Shown: in pieces, positions 13,442 to 26,119 of the stretch
Layout of the letters: every line of letters starts with the position of its first letter
Numbering within the stretch: position 1 is the first letter of the stretch
Assembly (NCBI GenBank): GCA_964016885.1
Contig: OZ024744.1
Span: forward strand, 37,386,001 to 37,450,000
Direction of reading: 5' to 3'
DNA length: 64,000 nucleotides
Origin: Eledone cirrhosa
Taxonomy: Eukaryota
Translations under genes and position numbers: made by a program
The notes under the pieces: generated by a model
The model's database searches: none
The model's input: only the letters and a program-made list of their open reading frames with translations
What the model was told of the DNA's origin: nothing

Positions 13442-13650
13442 GTAAGTATGTATGTATACGTACATACATATATGTATACAGACGTACAGTAGCATGTATA
13501 TATATATACATACAGGCACACATATATATATGCACGTATCAGTCTACCGAACATTTATTGGCCTTGTGCCTAAAGTAGAAACAATTATAATTTAAGTAAG
13601 TGCCGTACTAAGAGTGAGAAATGAAATTTTGTTTCATTCTATTCCATTTA
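13438..13650. mobile_element. Two oppositely oriented fragments of the 503-nt retrozyme family around a SINE A tail
   Basis: 13438-13558 matches the array unit, 13559-13590 is a SINE 3' end, and 13591-13650 matches the unit reverse complement. Confidence 0.7.
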
Positions 13651-13768
13651 TATATATATAAATATATATATATATAAATACACACGCACACGCAAATTTA
13701 TGTTGTCTTGTGTATGTATGTGTTTGGTTATGTGTGTGTGTGTGTCTGTATATACATATATATATATA

Positions 13769-14549
13769 TACATTATGAAGAGAGAAGAAACATTTAGATA
13801 TAATTAGTAATAAAATGTATCATACCTAAACTGTTCCTAAATTCCTCGACTACGTAGTTTCGTGGCATAAACAAAAACAATATATCAAAGATATAGAGTC
13901 CTTGCGAGGTCTACCGACTTATCAAGAGGATACCTCATTTTACTAGTCTCAAGAACGCGTCTACACGACGTGAGAAAGAATCCCAAAAGGCGGAGGGGGA
14001 GATAGTCACGCGATATAACGGTCGAGAAACAGAGCTAAGCCTCCTATAACCACGAAGAAAATACCACAGAGGCGGAGGGGGTATTCATATCGAGGCCGTA
14101 GAAGAGGTAGTGAAGAAGGCGAGAAGTATGAGTAATGGAAGCTTTCCAGTTGTCCCCACACTTCAAAGATTGCTCGACCAGAGGGAGTTATTAATATATT
14201 TAGAAACACACAGATATATGCGGACACACACATATATACATGAATGCATCCGCACCCAACTGTGAGTTAAGGGTGCCAACTTCACCGATGTTGCTCAATG
14301 AATGACTGGGACAGACCAATTCAGTTTGAACCAGACTGAACCAGTATCAGAGTTAAAAATACATTATGAAGAGAGAAGAAACATTTAGATATAATTAGTA
14401 ATAAAATGTATCATACCTAAACTGTTCCTAAATTCCTCGACTACGTAGTTTCGTGGCATAAACAAAAACAATATATCAAAGATATAGAGTCCTTGCGAGG
14501 TCTGCCGACTAATCAAGAGGATACCTCATTTTACTAGTCTCAAGAACGC

Positions 14550-14553
<4 letters not shown>
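13769..14553 (-). mobile_element. Terminally redundant 591-nt HHR unit (1.3-mer)
   Basis: 13769-13963 repeats at 14360-14553; each copy holds an HHR (13843-13930, 14434-14521). Confidence 0.8.
13843..13930 (-). ncRNA. Hammerhead, U3-A8 core, long stem II
   Basis: UCCUC-UUGAUAA-GUCGGUA...UGCCAC-GAAAC-UACGUA-GUC-GAGGA; stem III is the palindrome ACUACGUAGU. Confidence 0.7.
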
Positions 14554-14602
<49 letters not shown>

Positions 14603-15624
14603 TAACAGATTAAAGTTTAAGCAAAGAATCGCTGCTTTCACCCTTAACGGGATCTTCTGAAACTAACAAAGTCAATCTGTAAACGCAGAACTGGATATTT
14701 CAAAAAACGTTGCAACCGGAGGAAGACAGGAAGACGATAGTTTGGTTCGTGGTAACGTTCGCTGGGAAAGAACAGGAAAAAACGAATGTAATACGTCATT
14801 AATAAGAGCGGTGAAAAACAATTACGCGCAAAGACAGAACCACGTTTATGGTATAATAGAGGTCGTAGACTAATGTTCCCTTAGGTGGTGCATAGAGACG
14901 GTCTCTGGCAACGAACGAAAAAACGAAGATAATAAGTCATATGTGGAACGTAGAGAACAATAGCACGCAAAGACAAAACCACGTAAATGGTATAGCAGAA
15001 GTCGTAGACTAAATTCTAACTAGGAGACCGAATGAATCTCCGCTACGGAGTTAAGAACAAAGTAAATAAATACAATACAGAAGTAATAGAAACAAATAAA
15101 TACATACACGCAAACAGAAACGTACATACACTAGCATACGCAAAAACTTACCATAGTTAAACAAAACCACGCACATATAAATATGTGTGTGCGTGTAAGC
15201 GTGTATACAAATAAATAAATAATTATATAAACGTATATAAATAAATAAATACGTATATAACAAGCGCACACACATACCTACATGTAAATACACGAATATT
15301 CGGAGACGTAAGTCAATCAAAACATGAAGTACACATATACACACGCCCTACATACGTACGAACCTGCATACTCACACAGACGCAAAACTCCCGTATACAC
15401 ATAGCCGAACCATATGTACCAGAATATATAAAAAAAATTATACGCCATAACAATCAAATATACGTACGAGAAGGTATACGTACCTTTACAAAACATACGG
15501 ATAATATATACTTACCTATGCAAATAAGTAAAGGTTTAAATAAAACATACTTAGCTCCCACATCGAGACGTAAAATATCCACGTATAGATCGTACTATCC
15601 GTTAGGGTATAACGTGGGGCTGTA

Positions 15625-16281
15625 ATACAGGAAAGTTTTGTGCAATTTATGTTTACAAGCCGAAATTGCCTCAGATTTTTTGTTTAAGATGTGGTCTGGG
15701 GCGTAGAGTATTTCCAGGGCCTCAGCGGCGCAGAGGTCACACGGTCTTTTATTTCCGTTATAGGATCTAGCCTACGCTAGGATCTCCCAGTGTAACTTAT
15801 ATTGGGTGTGGTTGTCTTTTAGACTCCAGATATAAGCTGAAAGTCACGTCATATTTTTTCTTAGAGGGTAACGAAAAGAATGGGTATGCATGTAAAGACG
15901 CTGCTTGAATCTATTGGCGGTTAACCCTATGTAGGCCCTACGGGACGTGGGTGTTACAACCTTACATTTGTAGACAATGTTACTAGAGAGGCATTTCCCG
16001 GATAGGGGGCAATCAACCCGATTCCTACAATTACAGTTAGTACTAACTACAGGGTTGCACGTGTTCCTACGGCTAGGTAGATTAGCTAAATTTGAAGCTG
16101 TGATGTTATGTGCAAGGTTAGGAGTCGTAGAGTAAGAAATTTTAATAGTATTTCCATTAAAAATGTTACTATATTTATGTGTAGGGGGAAAATGCTTTGT
16201 AATAAGTGAAAGAAAGATCTTAGCTAATAGTGTGGCCACCTCCATATTATATGGTGGGTTATACCAACAAATCCGTCGCAT
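15625..16281 (-). pseudogene. PLE GIY-YIG endonuclease C-terminal region with stops
   Basis: WYNPPY...CNCRNRVDCPLSGKC...NIVY...AYIGLT..FKQR..H..SF..LSAYIW..CDLCAAE..LNKKSE..CKH. Confidence 0.9.
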
Positions 16282-16284
16282 TTG

Positions 16285-16740
16285 TATAACCCACCATATA
16301 ATATGGAGGTAGCCACACTATTAGCTAAGATCTTTCTTTCCCTTATTACGAAGCATTTTCCCCCTATACATAAAGATAGTAAACATTTTAATAGAAATAC
16401 TATTAAAATTTCTTACTCTACGACTCCTAACCTTGCACATAACCTTGCACATAACATCACAGCTTCAAATTTAGCTAAACTACCTAGGAGTAGGAACATG
16501 TGCAACCCTGTAGTCACTTTCAGCTTATATCTGGAGTCTAAAAGACAACCACACGCAATATAAGTTACACTGGGAGATCCTAGCGTAGGCTAGATCCTAT
16601 AACGGAAATAAAAGACCGTGTGACCTCTGCGCCGCTGAGGCCCTGGAAATACTCTACGCCACAGACCACATCTTAAACAAAAAATCTGAGGCAATTTCGG
16701 CTTGTAAACATAAATTGCACAAAACTTTCCTGTATTACAG
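16285..16740 (+). pseudogene. Mirror copy of the GIY-YIG region with ~220 bp deleted
   Basis: YNPPY...CNPVV joined to SLSAYIW at ~16513; the Cys linker and the VY/YIG motifs are removed. Confidence 0.85.
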
Positions 16741-17554
16741 CCCCACGTTATACCCTAACGGATAGTACGATCTATACGTGGATATTTTACGTCTCGATGT
16801 GGGAGCTAAGTATATGTTTTGTTTATACCTTTACTTATTTGCATAGGTAAGTATATATTATCCGTATGTTTTGTGAAGGTACGTATACCTTCTCGTACGT
16901 ATATTTGATTGTTATGGCGTATAATTTTTTTTATATATTCTGGTACATATGGTTCGGCTATGTGTATACGGGAGTTTTGCGTCTGTGTGAGTATGCAGGT
17001 TCGTACGTATGTAGGGCGTGTGTATATGTGTACTTCATGTTTTGGTTGACTTACGTCTCCGAACATTCGTGTATTTACATGTAGGTATGTGTGTGCGCTT
17101 GTTATATACGTATTTATTTATTTATATACGTTTATATAATTATTTATTTATTTGTATACACGCTTACACGCACACACATATTTATATGTGCGTGGTTTTG
17201 TTTACCTATGGTAAGTTTTTGCGTATGCTTGTGTATGTACGTTTCTGTTTGCGTGTATGTATTTATTTATTTCTATTACTTCTGTATTGTATTTATTTAC
17301 TTTGTTCTTAACTCCGTAGCGGAGATTCATTCGGTCTCCTAGTTAGAATTTAGTCTACGACTTATGCTATACCATTTACGTGGTTTTGTCTTTGCGTGCT
17401 ATCGTTCTCCACGCTCCACATATGACGTATTATTCGTTTTTTCCCGTTCTTAGCCAGCGAACGTTACCAGGAACCAAATTATCGTCTTCCTGTCTTCCTC
17501 CGGTTGCAACGTTTTTTGAAATATCCAGTTCTGCGTTTACAGATTGACTTTGTT

Positions 17555-17605
17555 AGTTTCAGAAGATCCCGTTAAGGGTGAAAGCAGCGATTCTTTGCTT
17601 AAACT
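17555..17605 (+). ncRNA. Atypical hammerhead (CAGAAGA core) in the PLE 3' region
   Basis: AGUUU-CAGAAGA-UCCC/GGGU-GAAAGCA..UGCUU-AAACU; the same motif is at 14614-14664(-) and 39002-39052(-). Confidence 0.5.
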
Positions 17606-17712
17606 TTAATCTGTTATTTTAATAAATATTTGCTCTACGGTTCTTATATATTTGATATATATTTATCCTTATCGAGCCCTCTTTGGATTTTAGTCTTCAA
17701 ATTTAATATTAT

Positions 17713-17786
<74 letters not shown>

Positions 17787-17796
17787 GTATATATGT

Positions 17797-18345
17797 CACT
17801 CAAACAAACCGAACAATATAATAAATGTCCGGTAAACCCATAAGTACATATATATGTGTGCATGTATGTATATATATACATACTACTGTATGTATATATA
17901 CTACATACTACTGTATGTCTGTATAGATATATGTATGTACGTATACATACTTACATTTAAGTATCAACTGTACTAAGAGTGAGAAATTTCATTTCATTTC
18001 ATTCCTTTCCATTTATCGTTTTCGGTACCCCGGCCGACTAACTCACTCGATATGCAAATTAGGCTGCTCAGCCGTTAATATGCATAAGGAAAGTATATAC
18101 TTTCAAACGTTCAATCATCTGACAGGAAGGTATACGATGCTGACGATAGCTAATAAGCTTGGAACTAGTTCATCCTTCCTTTGCCAGTGTTGAACAAAAG
18201 GGCAACGATGGTTGCCGAACACTGTAAGGCTTAATTCGGGCCGTTTGTTTACAAACAAAGCGAGCATAATAATAAATGTTCGGTAAATCCATACGTACAT
18301 ACATATATGTGTGCATGTATGTATATATATACATACTACTGTATG

Positions 18346-18350
<5 letters not shown>
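17797..18350 (+). mobile_element. Diverged, terminally redundant monomer of the retrozyme family (HHR 18136-18174)
   Basis: Reverse-complement homolog of the array unit; 17800-17890 repeats at 18253-18350. HHR GAUG-CUGACGA-UAGCU/AGCUU-GGAAC-UA-GUU-CAUC. Confidence 0.8.
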
Positions 18351-18399
<49 letters not shown>

Positions 18400-18406
<7 letters not shown>

Positions 18407-18575
18407 GTGAGGTTTTTTTTACAAAATGAAAAATAACCACAGACCCTCCATCTCAACTCACCTTTTGAAAAGCAGAAGAACTGGGAAACCGGTAAAGGAA
18501 CCAAATAAATATATATATTTTTAAAAAAAATAAGACTTCAGTTGCATTTTCGATTTCATCCCTTTTTCTTTATAT
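18400..18575 (+). mobile_element. HHR family B copy (hammerhead 18461-18498) with an inverted 5' stub
   Basis: CCUU-UUGAAAA-GCAG/CUGG-GAAACCGGUA-AAGG; the first ~38 bp equal the opposite-strand end seen at 47111. Confidence 0.75.
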
Positions 18576-18708
18576 ATATATATATATATATATAAGCTGA
18601 AAAAAAATGAAAACGAAATTTCATTTCTCACTCTTAGCATGGCACTTACTTAAATGTAAGTATGCATGTATACGTACATACGTATATGTATACAGACGTA
18701 CAGTAGCA

Positions 18709-18773
<65 letters not shown>

Positions 18774-18935
18774 GCATACAGGTACACATACATATATGCA
18801 CGCATCAGTTTAGCCTACGTTTATTATAACGCCGGCCGCTTTGTTCGTTTGTTTGTCAACAAAGCGAACAGCCTGAATTTATGCCATACGGTGTTAAGGC
18901 AACCACGTCACCTTTTTGTTCAACACTGACACAGG

Positions 18936-18980
18936 AACGATGTACTAGTTTCAAGCTTGTTAGCTATCATCAGCACCGTT
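18936..18980 (-). ncRNA. Minimal type-I hammerhead ribozyme (unit 1)
   Basis: AACGGUG-CUGAUGA-UAGCU AACA AGCUU-GAAAC-UA-GUA/CAUCGUU: canonical core, 7-bp stem I, palindromic ACUAGU stem III. Confidence 0.9.
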
Positions 18981-19218
18981 TACCCATCTGCCAGATAGTT
19001 GAACGTTCGAAAGTATATACTTTCCTTATGAAAATTAACGGCTGAGCAGCCTAATTTGCATATAGAGTGAGTTAAATCGGTCAGGCATACCGAAAACGAT
19101 AAGTTGAAAAAAAATGAAAACGAAATTTCATTTCTCACTCTTAGTATGGCACTTACTTAAATGTAAGTATGTATGTATACGTACATACATATATGTATAC
19201 AGACGTACAGTAGCATGC

Positions 19219-19276
<58 letters not shown>

Positions 19277-19438
19277 GCATACAGGTACACATACATATAT
19301 GCACGCATCAGTTTAGCCTACGTTTATTATAACGCCGGCCGCTTTGTTCGTTTGTTTGTCAACAAAGCGAACAGCCTGAATTTATGCCATACGGTGTTAA
19401 GGCAACCACGTCACCTTTTTGTTCAACACTGACACAGG

Positions 19439-19483
19439 AACGATGTACTAGTTTCAAGCTTGTTAGCTATCATCAGCACCGTT
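19439..19483 (-). ncRNA. Minimal type-I hammerhead ribozyme (unit 2)
   Basis: Identical to the unit 1 motif. Confidence 0.9.
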
Positions 19484-19723
19484 TACCCATCTGCCAGATA
19501 GTTGAACGTTCGAAAGTATATACTTTCCTTATGAAAATTAACGGCTGAGCAGCTTAATTTGCATATAGAGTGAGTTAAATCGGTCAGGCATACCGAAAAC
19601 GATAAGATGAAAAAAAATAAAACGAAATTTCATTTCTCACTCTTAGTATGGCACTTACTTAAATGTAAGTATGTATGTATACGTACATACATATATGTAT
19701 ACAGACGTACAGTAGCATGCATA

Positions 19724-19782
<59 letters not shown>

Positions 19783-19944
19783 GCATACAGGTACACATAC
19801 ATATATGCACGCATCAGTTTAGCCTACGTTTATTATAACGCCGGCCGCTTTGTTCGTTTGTTTGTCAACAAAGCGAACAGCCTGAATTTATGCCATACGG
19901 TGTTAAGGCAACCACGTCACCTTTTTGTTCAACACTGACACAGG

Positions 19945-19989
19945 AACGATGTACTAGTTTCAAGCTTGTTAGCTATCATCAGCACCGTT
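19945..19989 (-). ncRNA. Minimal type-I hammerhead ribozyme (unit 3)
   Basis: Identical to the unit 1 motif. Confidence 0.9.
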
Positions 19990-20228
19990 TACCCATCTGC
20001 CAGATAGTTGAACGTTCGAAAGTATATACTTTCCTTATGAAAATTAACGGCTGAGCAGCCTAATTTGCATATAGAGTGAGTTAAATCGATCAGGCATACC
20101 GAAAACGATAAGTTCAAAAAAAATGAAAACGAAATTTCATTTCTCACTCTTAGTATGGCACTTACTTAAATGTAAGTATGTATGTATACGTACATACATA
20201 TATGTATACAGACGTACAGTAGCATGCA

Positions 20229-20283
<55 letters not shown>

Positions 20284-20445
20284 GCATACAGGTACACATA
20301 CATATATGCACGCATCAGTTTAGCCTACGTTTATTATAACGCCGGCCGCTTTGTTCGTTTGTTTGTCAACAAAGCGAACAGCCTGAATTTATGCCATACG
20401 GCGTTAAGGCAACCACGTCACCTTTTTGTTCAACACTGACACAGG

Positions 20446-20490
20446 AACGATGTACTAGTTTCAAGCTTGTTAGCTATCATCAGCACCGTT
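20446..20490 (-). ncRNA. Minimal type-I hammerhead ribozyme (unit 4)
   Basis: Identical to the unit 1 motif. Confidence 0.9.
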
Positions 20491-20671
20491 TACCCATCTG
20501 CCAGATAGTTGAACGTTCGAAAGTATATACTTTCCTTATGAAAATTAACGGCTGAGCAGCCTAATTTGCATATAGAGTGAGTTAAATCGGTCAGGCATAC
20601 CGAAAACGATAAGTTGAAAAAAAATGAAAACGAAATTTCATTTCTCACTCTTAGTATGGCACTTACTTAAA

Positions 20672-21080
<409 letters not shown>

Positions 21081-21191
21081 TTAATATATATATATATATA
21101 TATATATAAATGAAAGGTATAGAAAATATTGTAGCAGAGAGCCAATAGTATTCCATAATATATGCATATATATATATATATATTTATATAA

Positions 21192-21238
<47 letters not shown>

Positions 21239-21374
21239 TGTGTGTGTATGTGAATATAATGTTTTCCCACCCGAAATTCACCCGTCTATTCATCTAATTC
21301 ATCCTTGTCTATTATTACATCTGTGTATCTAGCTGCTTCTCTGTCTGTAACTGTATCTCTCCCCTTCACCTTCT

Positions 21375-21426
<52 letters not shown>

Positions 21427-21728
21427 ACTCTCTTTCATTCTCCTTTTCACACTCTTCCTCTCTCTCTCTGTATGTTTCTCCATAGATACACTCCTGAATT
21501 TAATCAAAGAAGCTGACAGTAAGATAGGGTGTTTGCGTTATTACATATATGTGTCTGTGTGTATTGTGTTTATGTGTGTACATTTGTGTGTGTATTCATT
21601 ATATCGTCTATGCGGGTGCAAGTGTGAGTAAATGTTTCGCAATTTTTATGTTTGTAACATATTACGTCTCCATTTCATGTTTCTGCTTATATGTGTATAT
21701 TTACAGGCAGACGTACATGTATAAATAA

Positions 21729-21816
<88 letters not shown>

Positions 21817-22281
21817 GTATATATATATATATTTATTTATTTATTTACATATATATATTCTTTCACTATATATAAATATATATATAAATATATAAATATA
21901 TATATATATATAGTTATGTGCATATATATTTATATATACATATTTATATATACATATTTATATATACATATATATATACAGTATATATAATTTTCTCGCT
22001 CTAATCCTCAAAGTCTCAATCTCTTTTGCAACCACTTAACAATTGATTTACTCATTTTCGCACTATATTTTCATTCTTCTATACTCTATGTCTCCCCCAT
22101 TTCTCACTCGTTAACGAAAATATCTGTTTCCACATAAAACAAAATAATAAAATTTAAAAATTACAAATAAAACAAACAACACCAACAAATATTTACGCAA
22201 GATATTTATTACATACTTGATATCTCGGGTCTTTCTATTTTATTTTCTATCCAACATTTGCCTCGTTCTTTTGCACACATA

Positions 22282-22362
22282 CAGAAGATGTCCTACAAAA
22301 ATGTATACATACTTTAATTAGAATGCTAATGAAGTATGTATACATTTTTCGGGGACATCCTG
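22282..22362. mobile_element. Tiny Tc1-like MITE
   Basis: Degenerate TIRs CAG..GATGTCC..AAAAATGTATAC; related to 38707-38817. Confidence 0.55.
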
Positions 22363-22935
22363 TTTATATGTCAGTATCTTGTTATACCTTAGCGCAGTCA
22401 TCTTTTCTCCGCCGTGCTATAATCGTACAGCTCTCCATTCCATTTCATATATTTCTTCTCTTTAACACAGTAATATAACCAGACACTTACAAATTCCGAT
22501 TCCCCATTTTACATATTATTTTCCTTCTAACCATTCACTGGTATATTTTTCCTTACGCCCGGTGCATTTAAACGTTTTCCTCGCGGTTTCTCTTTTCCTC
22601 TCCTTTTGTTTCTCCATATCCATACGCACATCCACCATCCGCCACACACACATATATATATATATACAATTACAAATTAAATACGACCGCGTATTAGAAT
22701 AGTTATTATTTGTTTATATATCTACGGTCGTTTCAATGTGGTTAGAGTATATAATAGATTGTGGAGAAAAAAATGATAGTATCAGTTAGGTTACTCCATT
22801 ATAGGTGTCATACTCAAAACCGTATCTCTATAGGAGATATAATAAAAAATAACAATAAATTGATTAGTATCATAAGACAATTATTAAAGAATAATATAGA
22901 ATAATATATAATATATATATATCTCTGTGTGTGTC

Positions 22936-23041
<106 letters not shown>

Positions 23042-23574
23042 GAAATATTGGGTATCATACCAGTTTCTTACCAAATGCGAAGAAGCTTGACATATCAAGA
23101 TATATGCTAACATTGAAGTTGAAACTGGTGTAGCCATTAATAAAATGATTTGAAATACGTCTTTCGTTGTCAATTGGTTTTAAATATATATACATATATA
23201 TAAAGAGAGAAGAGGTCAGTTTTCATTTCCGGAACAGGAGAAATTACTCTAATTTGGCTGTTGACGGAGAGATATAATTTGAAGAACGATCACTTGTGAT
23301 AGTTTTGTCTGGATTAACGTCAATCCTATGGTTATCCTGTGTCCTTCCAATTACGTAACAAAATCGGCACTCGTGTTAAGGCAAGCATTGTTGCGTAACT
23401 TCTGCAAGAAATCTGATTTTTCATCGATGCACGATCTGCAGGACTTATATCCATTTACATATGGTCTCAAATCGTCGAGGATTTCCCATTTGATGGAGAA
23501 GTTCGCGCCCGACTCCTTCATGGATCATACATGGCTTGTTAGTTTTGTGGTCGATTGCTTGTCTGGGTGATTTC

Positions 23575-23619
23575 TACTACTATAACAACAACAACTACTA
23601 CTACTACTAGTACTTCTAT

Positions 23620-23682
<63 letters not shown>

Positions 23683-23789
23683 CACTACTACTACTACTTC
23701 TACTACTCTTCACTAATTCATTTCCTATCGGTGTCACTGTAAAAATTACAGTTCATATAATAATAAATAAATAAATATAGAAACATTAA

Positions 23790-23842
<53 letters not shown>

Positions 23843-23853
23843 ATAATAATAAT

Positions 23854-23860
<7 letters not shown>
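23575..23860. repeat. (CTA)n/(TAA)n microsatellites
   Basis: Direct reading. Confidence 0.9.
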
Positions 23861-23891
<31 letters not shown>

Positions 23892-24049
23892 GTGAACGTC
23901 AATAATAGTGTAAAAAAAAATGCTAATAACAAATAAACAAAACAACAAAGAAACTAAGAGTAATAAGAAAAGTAACAAGAGATAAAAATATTTACAAAAT
24001 GAAACAAAGAAACGAGTTGGAAAACTAGAAAACTGCCGTTGTTAATGGA

Positions 24050-24735
24050 CGTGTATTTGTTTAATGCTGCTTAGTTCTCCTTAAATATAAAGATATTTTA
24101 GCAAATTACAACGTAGGTGAACATGTTAAACAAATTAAACTTAGAAAATTTAAAAGAAAATACAGTATAAAATCAACAAGTGACATTGACATGCTGATAG
24201 AAATAATCAAGTAAAACGTGTCGGCCGAAGCTGCTCGTATAAGGCGCTTTGAAAAACGATCTAGATTCTATAAGGACAATAATATATTCAAAACCAACCA
24301 AAGAAACATCTACAGAAAAATTGGCAAGTCAACAATTACTGCTAAATCAATACCACCCAAGATACAGCCCACCTTCAGAAAGAAACAGAGGAAATTATAA
24401 CAGTTGAACATCAGCGTTTAGCTCTTTCCCCAGGGAAAGACAAAATACCAAATTTTTGGATAAATGCCTTCGCAGAGTCTCATGAGATGTGAGCCCAACT
24501 TTACAATGAAATAGTTAAGGAGCCAGAAAAGATACCATCATGGCTAGTTAACGGCATTACATTCCTACTTCCGAAGAATGATGAGACAAACAATCCCCAA
24601 AATTACAGACTGATAACTTGCTTGACCACAATGTATAACATTTTAACATCAGTCCTAACTGAATATACACATGATCACCTGATAACAAATAATCAATTTC
24701 CTAATGAGCAGAAAGGGTGTAAACGAGGCTCATAA
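24050..24735 (+). pseudogene. R4/Dong-like LINE reverse transcriptase fragment
   Basis: RIRRF..RSRFYKDN.IF..NQR; PGKDKIPNFW; WLVNGITFLLPK..NYRLITCLTTMYNILT; EQKGCKRGS. Confidence 0.7.
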
Positions 24736-24736
24736 G

Positions 24737-25927
24737 TCATTTTATTTGACTAATTTTTATTGAACTTCTATTTCAGAAAATAACAATGAAAATAATTATG
24801 CTTACTAATGAAATGAAAAGGCATGTTGTGATTGTGGCTTTGAAGGCTAAGCATGGTGATTTAGAAATTTCTCGTTTTCTGAAAGTTGCAAGATCTTTTG
24901 TCCACAAGATTCGGTGTGAGTTAGAGAAAGAAGATAGAAGCATATTACCTGTATCAAAACGTAAAAAACATTTCAAACGCTCTGATTCTACCAGGACACC
25001 TAAATTTATTCAGGAAGTTAAGCAAAACATTGATGACAATCCAGGAAAATCAATGAGTTCAATTGCAAAAAAAATTTGGTATGTTAGAAAAAACAATCAG
25101 AAATGTTGTGCATGAAGACATCAGCTACATATCTTACGTGATGAGGGGAGGTCAATTTATGTTCAAAATCAAAAGAAAACCGTTTAATCAGATCCCAAAA
25201 CTTTTGAACAAACTTAAAAATCCATCAAAAGATGGTGTGATTTGGTTTTTCTCAGATGAGAAAAACATTGACCAGGACCAGAAAACTAACAGAAGAAATG
25301 ACAGGTGGCTATGTGCAGACCCTTCTGAAGTTCCAAGAGTAATGCACACAAAATTTCCTACAGGTGTCATGGTTTTTGGTGGTGTTAGCAATGAAGGATA
25401 TATGATCCTCCTCACTTTTTTCCACAAAGCCTTAGGGTGAATGCTGGCGAGGTTCTGGATAATTGAGGTTCTGTATAAAGTTGTTAAGCCTTGGATCAAC
25501 AGTGTATGCAATGGAAGGCCTTATGTCTTTCAACAAAATTCTTCAATGATACAAGGATGGATGGCCATACAATTGCATGATCACATCATCCCCAACATTT
25601 GACCTCCTAATTCTCCGGATCTCAATCCACTGGAGCATCGTTGAGAAAAATGTCAATGAACACCCCGTAGCACCAAAGATTCTTTGAAAGCCACAATAGT
25701 TCGAGTCTGTCGATATGAAAAAGGATCACTTAATCCGAGCTTGTAAACGATATCAACCACACGTAGATGTAGTTATTGATGCTTCTGGTGGTTTTATTGA
25801 ATGAAATTATTAAATTGATAATTTAGCTTTATGTTTATGTTATTTTTATAAGAATACAGTTAATTCTGTTATTATTTAACGTTATTTTAAAACCATAAAT
25901 ATGTCCTCAAATACTGCCCGCACCCTG
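24737..25927 (+). mobile_element. DD37D/maT-type Tc1-mariner, decayed, left end missing
   Basis: FFSDEKN..NRRNDRW..TKFP..VMVFGGVS; FQQ; PPNSPDLNPL; right end ...GCACCCTG followed by TA. Confidence 0.85.
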
Positions 25928-25930
25928 TAT

Positions 25931-26110
25931 ATATGAAAAGATTCATTCGGCTGAGCTCCAGCCGTTTCGACAGCTCGATCTAGGTGTCGAAACGGCTGGA
26001 GCTCAGCCGTCGCGGTCCTGAATCTTTTCATATTACCCACTCTACTACCCCAAGTATCGGGTACTCTGCTGGTTATGGTCTAACTGGTTTTTTTACCACA
26101 CCCTATCTGA
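25931..26110 (+). mobile_element. HHR family C-like remnant folded back at stem II
   Basis: GACA-12 nt-TGTC-GAAAC-GGCTG..CAGCC-GTC, with mirror arms. Confidence 0.75.
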
Positions 26111-26119
26111 TATATATAT

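Larger units (their letters stand above)
14595..17716. mobile_element. Penelope-like element (Neptune-type), two 3' halves joined head-to-head as a ~3.1-kb inverted repeat
   Basis: Arms 14595-16265(-) and 16285-17716(+); both outer ends lie in (TA)n. Confidence 0.92.
18594..20670 (-). mobile_element. Retrozyme-like tandem array: 4 full ~503-nt non-coding monomers plus a partial fifth, one hammerhead per unit
   Basis: Unit starts at 18594, 19101, 19604, 20110 and 20611; each unit contains an internal (TA)n; the array is flanked by (TA)n. Confidence 0.9.

Noticed and set aside
18594-20670. Array as an assembly artefact
   Set aside because: Each unit has private substitutions and a different TA length, and diverged relatives exist nearby. 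Long reads should still confirm the copy number.
23054-23102. Hammerhead-like motif (-), also weak ones near 47860(-), 48198(+) and 61760(-)
   Set aside because: Core or stem I too degenerate to call.
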